Source: an uncultured Anaerolineae bacterium (GTDB lineage Bacteria > Chloroflexota > Anaerolineae > VGOG01). Taken from it: a stretch of 56,891 bases of DNA. The stretch is from the NCBI GenBank assembly GCA_964446635.1, contig CAYUPJ010000001.1:1-56891 (forward strand), read 5' to 3'. This document shows, piece by piece, positions 1 through 7,907 of the stretch (position 1 is the stretch's first letter; the number at the start of each line of letters is the position of its first letter). A program made the position numbers and the translations under genes. The notes beneath the pieces are model-generated. The model was not told where the DNA came from, did no database searches, and saw only the letters and a list, made by a program, of their open reading frames with translations.

Positions 1-73
1 AGAGTTTCTGTCCTGGCGAATGGCGCACCGGGCCATGGAAGACTCGCAATGACATCATGAAGGGGGACTTACT

Positions 74-370
74 ATGGAGCGGAGCATCGGCGCTACCGAT
101 CTGCGGCAGCGGTTGACCGACATCCTACAAGCGGTGCGAGAACGGGGTGAAACTTACATCGTCGAGACCTTCGGTCGGCCCCAGGTGGCGATCATCAATC
201 TGGACGAATATCGCCAAATCCAGCGTTTCCGGCAGGAGCGGGAAGCGTTCTTTGAGTGGCTGGAGGCCACTGCAGGCCGCAATGCCGAGCGCAACGTGGG
301 TCTGAGCGATGAGGAGGTGCGGGCGATCATCGAGCAGGCCCGCAAAGAAGTCGCCTGCGCTGGGGGATAA
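74..370 (+). CDS. Phd/YefM-family type II antitoxin
   Basis: 98-aa ORF. The N-terminus IGATDLRQRLTDIL...ETYIVETFGRPQVAIINLDEY fits the Phd/YefM pattern. It ends 3 nt before the PIN ORF. Confidence 0.75.
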   Translation: MERSIGATDLRQRLTDILQAVRERGETYIVETFGRPQVAIINLDEYRQIQRFRQEREAFFEWLEATAGRNAERNVGLSDEEVRAIIEQARKEVACAGG

Positions 371-373
371 GCT

Positions 374-955
374 GTGCTGCGCGTAGCCATGGACACCAGT
401 TCGTTAGTCAGTTACGTGTTGACTCGAGGCGAGTTGATGCGCCGGGTCGTGGCGTACTGGCGAGACGGCGCTTTTATTTTGCTCTCTTCCCCAGCCACGC
501 GGGCCGAACTGGCTGACGTGTTGGCCCGGCCGACCATCCGACAGTTGGCCGTGGCTCTCCTGGACGAGCTGGTGCGGGGGCTGGAACGCTTCACGGAGCA
601 CGTGCCGGGGGTTCTGGACCTGGCCGGCGCCTGCCGGGATCCACAGGCTTGTGGTGAGCGCAGTCGAACCAATGACAAGTTCCTCGCCTGCGCGGTGGAG
701 GGAAGGGCTCATTACTTGATCAGTAGCGACGATGATTTGCTGGATATGCGCCGCTATCGGAACGTGGCTATTGTCAATCCGGGCCAGTTCCTGCTGGCGC
801 TGGAGTTGTACCCGATGGAGGCGAGAGCGATGGCAGCCCGTTTTGGTCGCAACGTGCTGGCGGACATCCAGACCACTGTGCCCTTGGAACCGGAAACGGC
901 GGCGCGGGTGGCAGAGGCGCTGAAAATTGCTTCGACCGGCTCAGTACAAGGCTAA
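374..955 (+). CDS. PIN-domain toxin (PIN_3/VapC-like)
   Basis: VAMDTSSLVSYVL, CRDP...NDKFLACAVEGRAHYLISSDDDLL are PIN_3 acidic-residue motifs. GTG start at 374 (alternative ATG at 389). Contains an 8-9 aa repeat-derived insert. Confidence 0.7.
   Translation: MLRVAMDTSSLVSYVLTRGELMRRVVAYWRDGAFILLSSPATRAELADVLARPTIRQLAVALLDELVRGLERFTEHVPGVLDLAGACRDPQACGERSRTNDKFLACAVEGRAHYLISSDDDLLDMRRYRNVAIVNPGQFLLALELYPMEARAMAARFGRNVLADIQTTVPLEPETAARVAEALKIASTGSVQG
648..669 (-). repeat. Dispersed ~21-nt core repeat copy, minus orientation, in-frame inside the PIN CDS
   Basis: cttgtggtgagcgcagtcgaac. Its reverse complement matches the TTCGAC-NNNN-CTCA..ACAAG family (18/22 identical to the copy at 49060). Confidence 0.6.
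931..951 (+). repeat. Dispersed ~21-nt core repeat copy at the 3' end of the PIN CDS
   Basis: ttcgaccggctcagtacaagg, compared with ttcgactgggctcagtacaag at 49060 and ttcgacagggctcagtacaag at 50753. Confidence 0.65.
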
Positions 956-1009
956 GCGGCGGAGCTACAACAATACTTGGAGTATAATTCTTGTGAAAGA
1001 GGAAAACCT

Positions 1010-1234
1010 ATGCAAACAGTAGCAATCCCTCAGATTACAGAACGCCTGCGAAAACTACCAGCAGACAAATTGGTAGTTGTGTACGACTTCGTTTCTTATC
1101 TGGTAGAACGAGAGACGGAACAAGCAGGGCCAGAGGGGTTTTCAGAAGCCTTTCAGACCATGTTAGCATCTGAGGCTGTGCTCCGACGAGACTGGGATCG
1201 ACCTGAAGAGGATATAGCATGGGCAGATTTGTGA
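1010..1234 (+). CDS. Putative antitoxin partner of MazF (DUF2281-like)
   Basis: Small ORF MQTVAIPQITERLRKLPADKLVVVYDFVSYLVERE. RBS gaggaaaa lies upstream of ATG 1010. It overlaps the mazF-like start by 16 nt. Confidence 0.55.
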   Translation: MQTVAIPQITERLRKLPADKLVVVYDFVSYLVERETEQAGPEGFSEAFQTMLASEAVLRRDWDRPEEDIAWADL

Positions 1235-1551
1235 AAGGTGACGTCGTTGTCGCCCCGTTCCCTTTTTCCGATTTGAGTGCTGCCAAGAAACGTCCGGCGT
1301 TGGTAGTGGCTTCGCTCACCGGTGACGATGTGATCTTGTGCCAGATTACCAGCAAAACCGTAGCCGATAGCTATGTTATACCCATCACGACTGCTGACTT
1401 CATAAGTGGAAGCCTACCCCAGGACAGCAACATTCGTCCGAACCGTCTCTTTACAGCCGACGCAAACATCATCTTGTACCGTGCGGGTGTATTAGTCCCC
1501 AAGCGGGTGCAAGAAGTTGTAACAAAGATTATCCAGATTGTAAGTGCGTGA
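1219..1551 (+). CDS. MazF/PemK-family endoribonuclease toxin
   Basis: GDVVVAPFPFSDLSAAKKRPALVV...IRPNRLFTAD is the typical PemK/MazF SH3-like barrel signature. Confidence 0.8.
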   Translation: MGRFVKGDVVVAPFPFSDLSAAKKRPALVVASLTGDDVILCQITSKTVADSYVIPITTADFISGSLPQDSNIRPNRLFTADANIILYRAGVLVPKRVQEVVTKIIQIVSA

Positions 1552-2864
1552 CAGTCAGTGTACTCAACCGAGCACGCATGAACCCAAACTACAATGATAT
1601 GGAGCGAGAAATCCAACTCCCCTACGGTACTGATACCCTCAAGTTTCGTGTGCCTGAGGCCAACCTGGCAGGCGTCTACTCTCCGCAACTCGTAACCCCG
1701 TGCACCGACCCGGCGGCGGAGATCGGGCGCGCCCTGACCCATCCCCTCGATACCCTGTCCCTCTCTGAGATGGTGCACTCCCACGAGAAGGTGGTCATCC
1801 TGGTGGATGACCACACCCGAGCCACGCCGGCGGCGCAAATCCTGCCTCCACTATTGGACGAATTGCGGGCCGGCGGGGTCCAGGATGAGAACGTGACCAT
1901 CCTCATCACCCACGGCACGCATCGCTTGAGTAGCGAAGAAGAGGTGCGGCGTAAGGTCGGTAATGACGTTTACGGACGCTTCCGCATCGTGCAGCACCAG
2001 TGTACCGACGAGGAAAACCAGGTCTACCTGGGGCTGACCAGCCGGGGTACTCCGGTGTGGGTCAACCGGCTGGTCGTCGAGGCCGACCGCTGTATCGGCA
2101 TCGGTCACATCGGCCCCAGCCCGTATGCTGGCTACTCCGGGGGCAGCAAATTGATCCTTCCGGGCGCAGCATCGCTGGATACTATCAACGCCAATCACAG
2201 CCTCGTTCCCCTGGGGTTCCGCCGGCCGGGGCGGGTAGACCTGCCCTGCCGGCTGGACATCGAGGAAGCAGCGGCACTGGTGAGGCTAGATATGGTCGTG
2301 AACGTGGTGCTCAGCCAGGACGAGCGGATTGTGCGGGCCTTCGCCGGGACGCCGGGCCGGGTCTTCCAGGAGGGACTGGCGCTGGCGCGGCAGGTCTACG
2401 AGGTGGCGTGTCCAGATGAGATAGACATTGCCATCACCTCTGGTTATCCCTACGAGCTTGACCTCTACCAGGCGGTGCGAGCTGTCGAGTATGCGGACGT
2501 GGTTGTGCGTGAGGGAGGCAGTATTTTGCTGGTCGCCGCCTGTCCCGACGGCGTCGGGGGCCAGGAGATCTACCACTTGATAGCCGACCAGGCGAAGAGG
2601 CCTGACGATTTCTTGCGCGACATCGTACGACGTAACGGCAAGGTAACATTTAGCGTGCTGGGATACGTCCTGGCGCGGATCAAAGCGGAGAAGAAACTGC
2701 ACATCGTGACGGAAGGCATCCTGGAGGCGGAGCTGGAGGCGATGGGCTTTCACCGTCCGGCCTCTCTCCAGGCCGGAGTGGACGCGCTGTTGAGGGAGTA
2801 CGGCCCCCAGGCGCGGGTGGCCGTCTTCCCCATGGGCTCGTCCACGATTCCTGTTGTGGTATAA
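1548..2864 (+). CDS. LarA-family (DUF2088) nickel-pincer-cofactor-dependent racemase/epimerase
   Basis: Motifs DDHTRATP, THGTHR and YAGYSGGSKLILPG (the conserved Lys region) match LarA. The GTG at 1548 overlaps the mazF stop. Alternative ATG starts at 1578 and 1599. Confidence 0.7.
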   Translation: MTVSVLNRARMNPNYNDMEREIQLPYGTDTLKFRVPEANLAGVYSPQLVTPCTDPAAEIGRALTHPLDTLSLSEMVHSHEKVVILVDDHTRATPAAQILPPLLDELRAGGVQDENVTILITHGTHRLSSEEEVRRKVGNDVYGRFRIVQHQCTDEENQVYLGLTSRGTPVWVNRLVVEADRCIGIGHIGPSPYAGYSGGSKLILPGAASLDTINANHSLVPLGFRRPGRVDLPCRLDIEEAAALVRLDMVVNVVLSQDERIVRAFAGTPGRVFQEGLALARQVYEVACPDEIDIAITSGYPYELDLYQAVRAVEYADVVVREGGSILLVAACPDGVGGQEIYHLIADQAKRPDDFLRDIVRRNGKVTFSVLGYVLARIKAEKKLHIVTEGILEAELEAMGFHRPASLQAGVDALLREYGPQARVAVFPMGSSTIPVVV

Positions 2865-2899
2865 CCCCCTAACCCCTCCCCTGGTGGGGGTGGTGAAGG

Positions 2900-2919
2900 G
2901 GGGTAGGGGTGGGGGTGGG
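2900..2919 (+). repeat. G-tract (G-quadruplex-type) motif, inverted partner of 3795-3814
   Basis: Part of ggggggtaggggtgggggtgggg (2898-2920). Positions 2900-2919 are the exact reverse complement of 3795-3814. Confidence 0.8.
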
Positions 2920-2987
2920 GCTCTGGGAAGGAGAGCTCCTTAATAACAAAAGTCATATCAGTCAAACTAAGAAAGGAGAATATTATC

Positions 2988-3779
2988 ATGGAGAAAAGAA
3001 CGCCTGAAAAGGCACGTCGCACGACGAGCCGGATTGGAGGGGTTTCCGTTGCCTGGGTGACCCTGTTCGGCGCTTTGTGTGGCGTGACAGGACTGGTTCC
3101 TATCTTCCCTTACGTCGGAGGTGGCGGGTACGTGCCGCTGACTACCCCGCTCTGCGCCATCGCTCCCCTGCTGCTGGGGCCGGTGGGGGGCGTGGTCGCC
3201 GCCATTGTCGGTGGGGTGATCGGGATGTTTATCGCTCCCGCTGCCTACCCGCTGGTAGTGGTGGACATCTTCCTCAACGCGGTGCTTCCCGCCCTCTTCG
3301 TGGCGCTCATGGTCAGGGCAGACCGCTTGTGGAAGGTCGCCGTGCCGCTGTTCATTGTCCTCGGCATCCTGGGCTGGCTGGTGCCCTTCTACGTTCCGGG
3401 CGCGGCGGCGGGATTCGGCAGGGTGCCCGAGCCGCTCTACTTCATCATGGCTGCTCTCTATTGGGTTCCTTCGACGATCATCGTTGGTTCGCCCCTGGGC
3501 AGACGGTTGATACCCAGGTGGGTGGTCTCTAAGAAACGCGCTGAACGGTATGGCGGCATCTTCCTGGCGATCGTGGCGGCGATGTTCGTGTGGTGGCTGC
3601 CCTGGACTCGCCCTTACTGGTATCAGTTCAACTTCTCCGCCGAGCTGGGTGTCGCCACCCACGTTGCCTACTCCTGGTGGGTGCCAGCGCTTTCGGCCAT
3701 CACCGCGGTCATCACCATCCCCATCGTCGAGGCCCTGGAGCGCAGCGGGTTGCCCAAGATCGAGGGCGCAATCTGGTAA
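2988..3779 (+). CDS. Polytopic membrane protein, candidate ECF-transporter substrate-binding (S) component
   Basis: 263-aa hydrophobic ORF with several predicted TM helices, directly upstream of the ECF A-A' and T genes. Confidence 0.5.
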   Translation: MEKRTPEKARRTTSRIGGVSVAWVTLFGALCGVTGLVPIFPYVGGGGYVPLTTPLCAIAPLLLGPVGGVVAAIVGGVIGMFIAPAAYPLVVVDIFLNAVLPALFVALMVRADRLWKVAVPLFIVLGILGWLVPFYVPGAAAGFGRVPEPLYFIMAALYWVPSTIIVGSPLGRRLIPRWVVSKKRAERYGGIFLAIVAAMFVWWLPWTRPYWYQFNFSAELGVATHVAYSWWVPALSAITAVITIPIVEALERSGLPKIEGAIW

Positions 3780-3794
3780 ACTGAGTCCCTCCTT

Positions 3795-3836
3795 CCCACC
3801 CCCACCCCTACCCCTCCCCCGCGTGCGGGGGAGGGG
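3795..3836 (+). repeat. C-tract motif (G4 on the minus strand) plus a 10-bp GC hairpin
   Basis: cccacccccacccctacccc, then stem cccctccccc (3811-3820) / gggggagggg (3827-3836) with loop gcgtgc. It abuts the RBS aggag of the ATPase gene. Confidence 0.75.
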
Positions 3837-3852
3837 GTTAGGAGAACTGCAC

Positions 3853-5613
3853 GTGGCCAATGACGTTATCATCTCGTTACAAGATGTCACCTTCGCCTAC
3901 GAGGGCGATGTGGTTGCCCTGCGCCATCTGAATCTCACGGCCCATAAGGGCGAATTCGTCGTCGTGTTGGGGGCCAACGGCGCGGGCAAATCCACGCTCT
4001 GCTACCTGCTCAGTGGCATCGTGCCCCACATCTACGGCGGCCGGCGCCAGGGCGACGTATCGGTGGCCGGCCTCGATCCGTGGGACGAGCCGCTGTACAT
4101 CACCTCTCAGCGTTGCGGGGTGTTGATGCAGGACCCCGAGGTGCAGTTATTCATGCCCACGCTGAAAGCAGAGCTGGCCTTCGGTCCGGCCAACCTGGGC
4201 ATGGCCCGGGACGAGATTATCAGGCGCTCGCAGGCCGCCCTGTCATTGGTGCGGCTGGAAGGTCTGGAGGAGCACAACCCGCGCGACCTCTCCGGCGGGC
4301 AGAAGCAGCGCGCGGCGCTGGCCGCCGTGCTGACCATGAACCCCCAGGTGCTGGTGCTCGACGAGCCCACCTCGCAACTCGACCCGCTGGGCCGCTGGGA
4401 GGTGGTGGAGGCCATCGAGCGCCTGAAGCAAAAGGGCGACCTGACCATCGTGATGACCACCCACGAGACCGAGGAGATCCTGCGCCTGGCCGATCAGGTT
4501 ATCGTGCTGGAGCGAGGAGAGACCGCGCTTCAAGGCCCACCCGCGGAAGTCTTCGCTCAAGCCGAGCAACTGGAGGAGGCCGGGGTCAAGACCCCGGCGC
4601 TGATCCTGGTCCAGTCGAAGCTGCTCGAGCGTGAAACTGGCCGCCTGGGTGAGGAGCGGGTTAATCTCACCATCTCCGAGGTCGCCGACCAGACCCGCGG
4701 GGCGGTAGAAGCGGGGAGGCTGGCCGTACATCCCGACGCCCTTCTCCAGCCACGATCAATGGCACCGGACGCCCCCGTCATCCTGGAGGCTCGCGATCTG
4801 ATCGTGGAGTACCCCGGCCCGCCGCGCGTCGTGGCGCTGCGGGACGTAAGCGTTCAGGTTCGCCAGGGCGAGTTCGTGGGCATCGTCGGCCAGAATGGGT
4901 CGGGGAAGAGCACGCTGGTCAAGTGCTTCGTGGGCCTGCTGCGGCCCAGGAAAGGGGAGGTCCTGTTCAGGGGGGAGAGCATCAGGAAACTTTCGATAGG
5001 GGAGATAGCCCGCCGCGTGGGGTTGGTGCTGCAGAACCCCGACTATCAGTTATTCACTGCCTCCTGCCGCGACGAGGTTCGCTTTGGGCTGCGCAACGTG
5101 GGCGTGCCTCCCCAGGAGATGGAGCAGCGAGTCGAGGAAGCGCTACGACTGGTGGATCTGAGCGAGGAGGCCGATCTGTTTCCCTTCCGACTCTCCTTTG
5201 GCGACCGACGCAAACTGGCCGTGGCAGCGACGCTGGCGCTTGAGCCTGAGGTGTTGATCATGGATGAGCCGACCACGGCCCAGGATCACCGCGGACGATA
5301 CCAGTTGGCCGAGTTGGCCCGGCGCTTCCACGAAGAGAAGCAGGGCACGGTGGTGATGATCACCCACGACGTGGACTTGATCGCCCGCTACGCTCACCGG
5401 CTGATCGTTCTCTACGAGGGCCAGGTGTTGCTGGATGGCCCTACGGCGGAGGTATTTACGCAGGTAGAGAAACTCAAGAAGAGCTTCGTCGTGCCACCAG
5501 TGGCGGCTCAACTGGCCGCGGAACTGGTCCCCCTGGGTGTGCCGCCCTACGTGATGACGTTGGAGGAACTCTACCAGGTGCTCGTGCCCCAACGCGACGA
5601 GGAGGTGGTGTAG
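3853..5613 (+). CDS. ECF/ABC transporter ATPase, duplicated (EcfA-EcfA' fusion)
   Basis: Two ABC cassettes: GANGAGKST...LSGGQKQR...LVLDEPT and GQNGSGKST...LSFGDRRK...LIMDEPT. GTG 3853 follows RBS aggag. The track ORF from 3550 overlaps the upstream gene. Confidence 0.85.
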   Translation: MANDVIISLQDVTFAYEGDVVALRHLNLTAHKGEFVVVLGANGAGKSTLCYLLSGIVPHIYGGRRQGDVSVAGLDPWDEPLYITSQRCGVLMQDPEVQLFMPTLKAELAFGPANLGMARDEIIRRSQAALSLVRLEGLEEHNPRDLSGGQKQRAALAAVLTMNPQVLVLDEPTSQLDPLGRWEVVEAIERLKQKGDLTIVMTTHETEEILRLADQVIVLERGETALQGPPAEVFAQAEQLEEAGVKTPALILVQSKLLERETGRLGEERVNLTISEVADQTRGAVEAGRLAVHPDALLQPRSMAPDAPVILEARDLIVEYPGPPRVVALRDVSVQVRQGEFVGIVGQNGSGKSTLVKCFVGLLRPRKGEVLFRGESIRKLSIGEIARRVGLVLQNPDYQLFTASCRDEVRFGLRNVGVPPQEMEQRVEEALRLVDLSEEADLFPFRLSFGDRRKLAVAATLALEPEVLIMDEPTTAQDHRGRYQLAELARRFHEEKQGTVVMITHDVDLIARYAHRLIVLYEGQVLLDGPTAEVFTQVEKLKKSFVVPPVAAQLAAELVPLGVPPYVMTLEELYQVLVPQRDEEVV

Positions 5614-6420
5614 ATGCAACCCGTATTCCGCTACACCCACCTGGACACGCCCATTCACCGATTGCACCCGTTGGTTAAGCTGGCCTACGTGCTATTGACG
5701 CTGGTGCTGGTCATGTACCCGATCAAGGGAGGCGATTTGCCGATCCTGCTCATCTGGCTGGGTTTCTCAGCAGTGCTGTGGGCCGTGGCCCGCGTCGAAC
5801 TGCGGCGCTTCACCACGTTGCTGAAGATCCTGACCGGCACGTTCATCTTTCTGATCCTGATCCAAGGCTTCACTTATCGTGGCGGCCACACCCCTCTCAT
5901 CGTTCTGGGCCACCTGAAACTCTGGGAGGCGGACCTGGGTGTGGTCACCAAAGAGGGGGTGTGGTTTGGGCTCGTGCTCTGCGTGCGTATCCTGGTGGCC
6001 ACCTCGTCGCTGCCGCTGTTCGTGATGACCACGCCCACCTCGGCCATCATGACGGCCATGGGCAAACTGCGCATCCCCCAGATGGCCACCTTTATGTTTG
6101 TCAGCGCCCTCTCGTTCACCACGTTGATCTTCGAGATGTGGGGCTCTATTGTGGATGCACAGAAGCTGCGCGCTTTCGACATTGATTCGATGAACTTCGT
6201 CAAGCGCGCGGTGAAAGCTTACGTCCCGATCATCACCCCGTTGATCCTGCTCTTATTCCGCAAAGCCAACGACTTCCAGATCGCCATGGAGACCAAGGGG
6301 TTCGGCGCTCCCGTCGAACCCACCGAGATCGAGACCCTCACCGCTCGCCCGGCGGATTACCTCTGGCTGGCTTTTATCGTGAGTGTCTTCGTGTTGTGCA
6401 CGGTACTGAAATTCACGTGA
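5614..6420 (+). CDS. ecfT: ECF transporter T component (CbiQ/EcfT family)
   Basis: The N-terminus THLDTPIHRLHPLVKL and its multi-TM profile are typical of CbiQ/EcfT. The start abuts the ATPase stop. Confidence 0.8.
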   Translation: MQPVFRYTHLDTPIHRLHPLVKLAYVLLTLVLVMYPIKGGDLPILLIWLGFSAVLWAVARVELRRFTTLLKILTGTFIFLILIQGFTYRGGHTPLIVLGHLKLWEADLGVVTKEGVWFGLVLCVRILVATSSLPLFVMTTPTSAIMTAMGKLRIPQMATFMFVSALSFTTLIFEMWGSIVDAQKLRAFDIDSMNFVKRAVKAYVPIITPLILLLFRKANDFQIAMETKGFGAPVEPTEIETLTARPADYLWLAFIVSVFVLCTVLKFT

Positions 6421-6435
6421 CATGTTTTCACGCTT

Positions 6436-6481
6436 CACGTTTCACGTTTTACGCTCCGTGATGCGTGAAACGTGAAACGTG
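6436..6481. repeat. Heptamer-array hairpin (CACGTTT)n / (AAACGTG)n
   Basis: cacgtttcacgttttacgc (6436-6454), loop tccgtgat, gcgtgaaacgtgaaacgtg (6463-6481). The arms are complementary except for one position. Confidence 0.75.
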
Positions 6482-6497
6482 GGAGGAGGACCGAACT

Positions 6498-7805
6498 GTG
6501 GAAAAACCCCCGTCTTTTGAAGAACTGGTTGCGCACCTGGACGACCTGCTGGCCCCCTGCCTGGCGCAGGATTGGCCCAACCTGCCGGCAGACCGCGCCC
6601 AGGGAGTCTACGTGTACGGGCACGATGGGCGACGCTATCTTGACTTCCTGGCCGGTTTCGGGGCCTGCAACGTGGGGCACAATCACCCGCGTGTCGTGGC
6701 GGCGGCCCGCGAGCAGATGGAGCGCATGGTCCACGCCCCCTTGGGAGTGATCGCCCCCGAGATGACCCTGCGACTGGCCTGGGAGTTGGGGCAGATCACG
6801 CCCGGCGGCGCGGACATGTTCTTCTTCGGCAACAGCGGGGCCGAGGCGGTCGAAGGGGCGCTGAAACTGGCCCGCTACGTGACGGGGCGGCGCGGCATCG
6901 TCGCCTTCCTGGGCGGGTTTCACGGACGCACCATGGGGGCGGCGACGGTCACCACGTCCAAAGTGAAGTATCGCACCGGCCATGGGCCCTTCCTCCCCGA
7001 CGTGTACTTCGCCCGCTTTCCCTATCCTTATCGCTCGTCGGCCCTCGACGCGGAGGCGTGCGCGCAGGAGGCTCTGGAGGACATTGAGCGGCTGTTCGAG
7101 TACGTGGTCGCGCCGGAGGACGTGGCCGCCTTCCTGGTGGAGCCGATCCTGGGTGAGGGAGGCTACGTCATCCCGCCGCGGAGTTGGCTGGTTGCCCTGC
7201 GCGAGATTTGTGACCGACACTCCATCCTGCTCATTGACGATGAAGTGCAGACCGGCTTTGGCCGCACCGGGGAGTGGTTTGCGGCCCAGGCGTTTGGCGT
7301 GGAGCCGGACATCGTCTGCCTGGCCAAGGGTATCGCCAACGGGTTTCCACTGGGGGCAACGGCGGCGCGTAGGGAACTGATGGTCCAGTGGGGGCCGGCC
7401 TCCCACGGCACCACCTACGGCGGCAGCCCCATCTCCTGCGCGGCGGCCCTGGCGACGCTGGAGGTGATCCGCCAGGAGAACCTGCTGGAAAACGCCCGCG
7501 CCCAGGGCGGTTACATACTGGAGGCCCTGGGCGAGCTGCAGGCCGAAGTGCCCATCGTGGGGGACGTGCGGGGCGTGGGGTTGATGGTCGCCGTCGAGTT
7601 CGTCAGGCCTGGCACCGACAAGGAGCCGAACACCGAAGCCGTCCGCCGCATCCTCCAGCGAGCTCTCGACGGCGGGCTGCTGCTGTACCCCTGCGGCCAC
7701 TGGACCCAGACCATCCGCCTCATCCCGCCGCTGACCGTCACCCGTGAGCAAGTGGAAGAGGGGCTGGAGATCTTCCGCCAGGCGGTGCTGGCCGAATCGG
7801 CCTGA
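6498..7805 (+). CDS. Class-III PLP-dependent aminotransferase (GabT/ArgD-like)
   Basis: GNSGAEAVEGALKLAR, DEVQTGFGRTGEWFA and KGIANGFPLG are present. GTG 6498 follows RBS gggaggagga. The mirror ORF on the minus strand is a shadow. Confidence 0.85.
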   Translation: MEKPPSFEELVAHLDDLLAPCLAQDWPNLPADRAQGVYVYGHDGRRYLDFLAGFGACNVGHNHPRVVAAAREQMERMVHAPLGVIAPEMTLRLAWELGQITPGGADMFFFGNSGAEAVEGALKLARYVTGRRGIVAFLGGFHGRTMGAATVTTSKVKYRTGHGPFLPDVYFARFPYPYRSSALDAEACAQEALEDIERLFEYVVAPEDVAAFLVEPILGEGGYVIPPRSWLVALREICDRHSILLIDDEVQTGFGRTGEWFAAQAFGVEPDIVCLAKGIANGFPLGATAARRELMVQWGPASHGTTYGGSPISCAAALATLEVIRQENLLENARAQGGYILEALGELQAEVPIVGDVRGVGLMVAVEFVRPGTDKEPNTEAVRRILQRALDGGLLLYPCGHWTQTIRLIPPLTVTREQVEEGLEIFRQAVLAESA

Positions 7806-7907
7806 TTTCAAAGGCTCAAAGATTTTTTGCCCCTTTTCGATGAGGTGAGAAAAGACGGAGTTCTGCTCTATGGTGAAAACCTCGACTTAGGACAAGAGAC
7901 TTAGGAG

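Noticed and set aside
2967-3890. 307-aa minus-strand ORF, and the 3550 start of the ATPase ORF
   Set aside because: Both overlap the membrane-protein gene and the G/C-tract repeats. The ATPase has a good RBS plus GTG at 3853, and ABC homology begins there.
6435-7811. 458-aa ORF on the minus strand
   Set aside because: It is an exact mirror of the plus-strand class-III aminotransferase gene, which has clear family motifs. The minus-strand product is low-complexity and Arg/Gly/Ala-rich, typical of a GC-rich shadow ORF.
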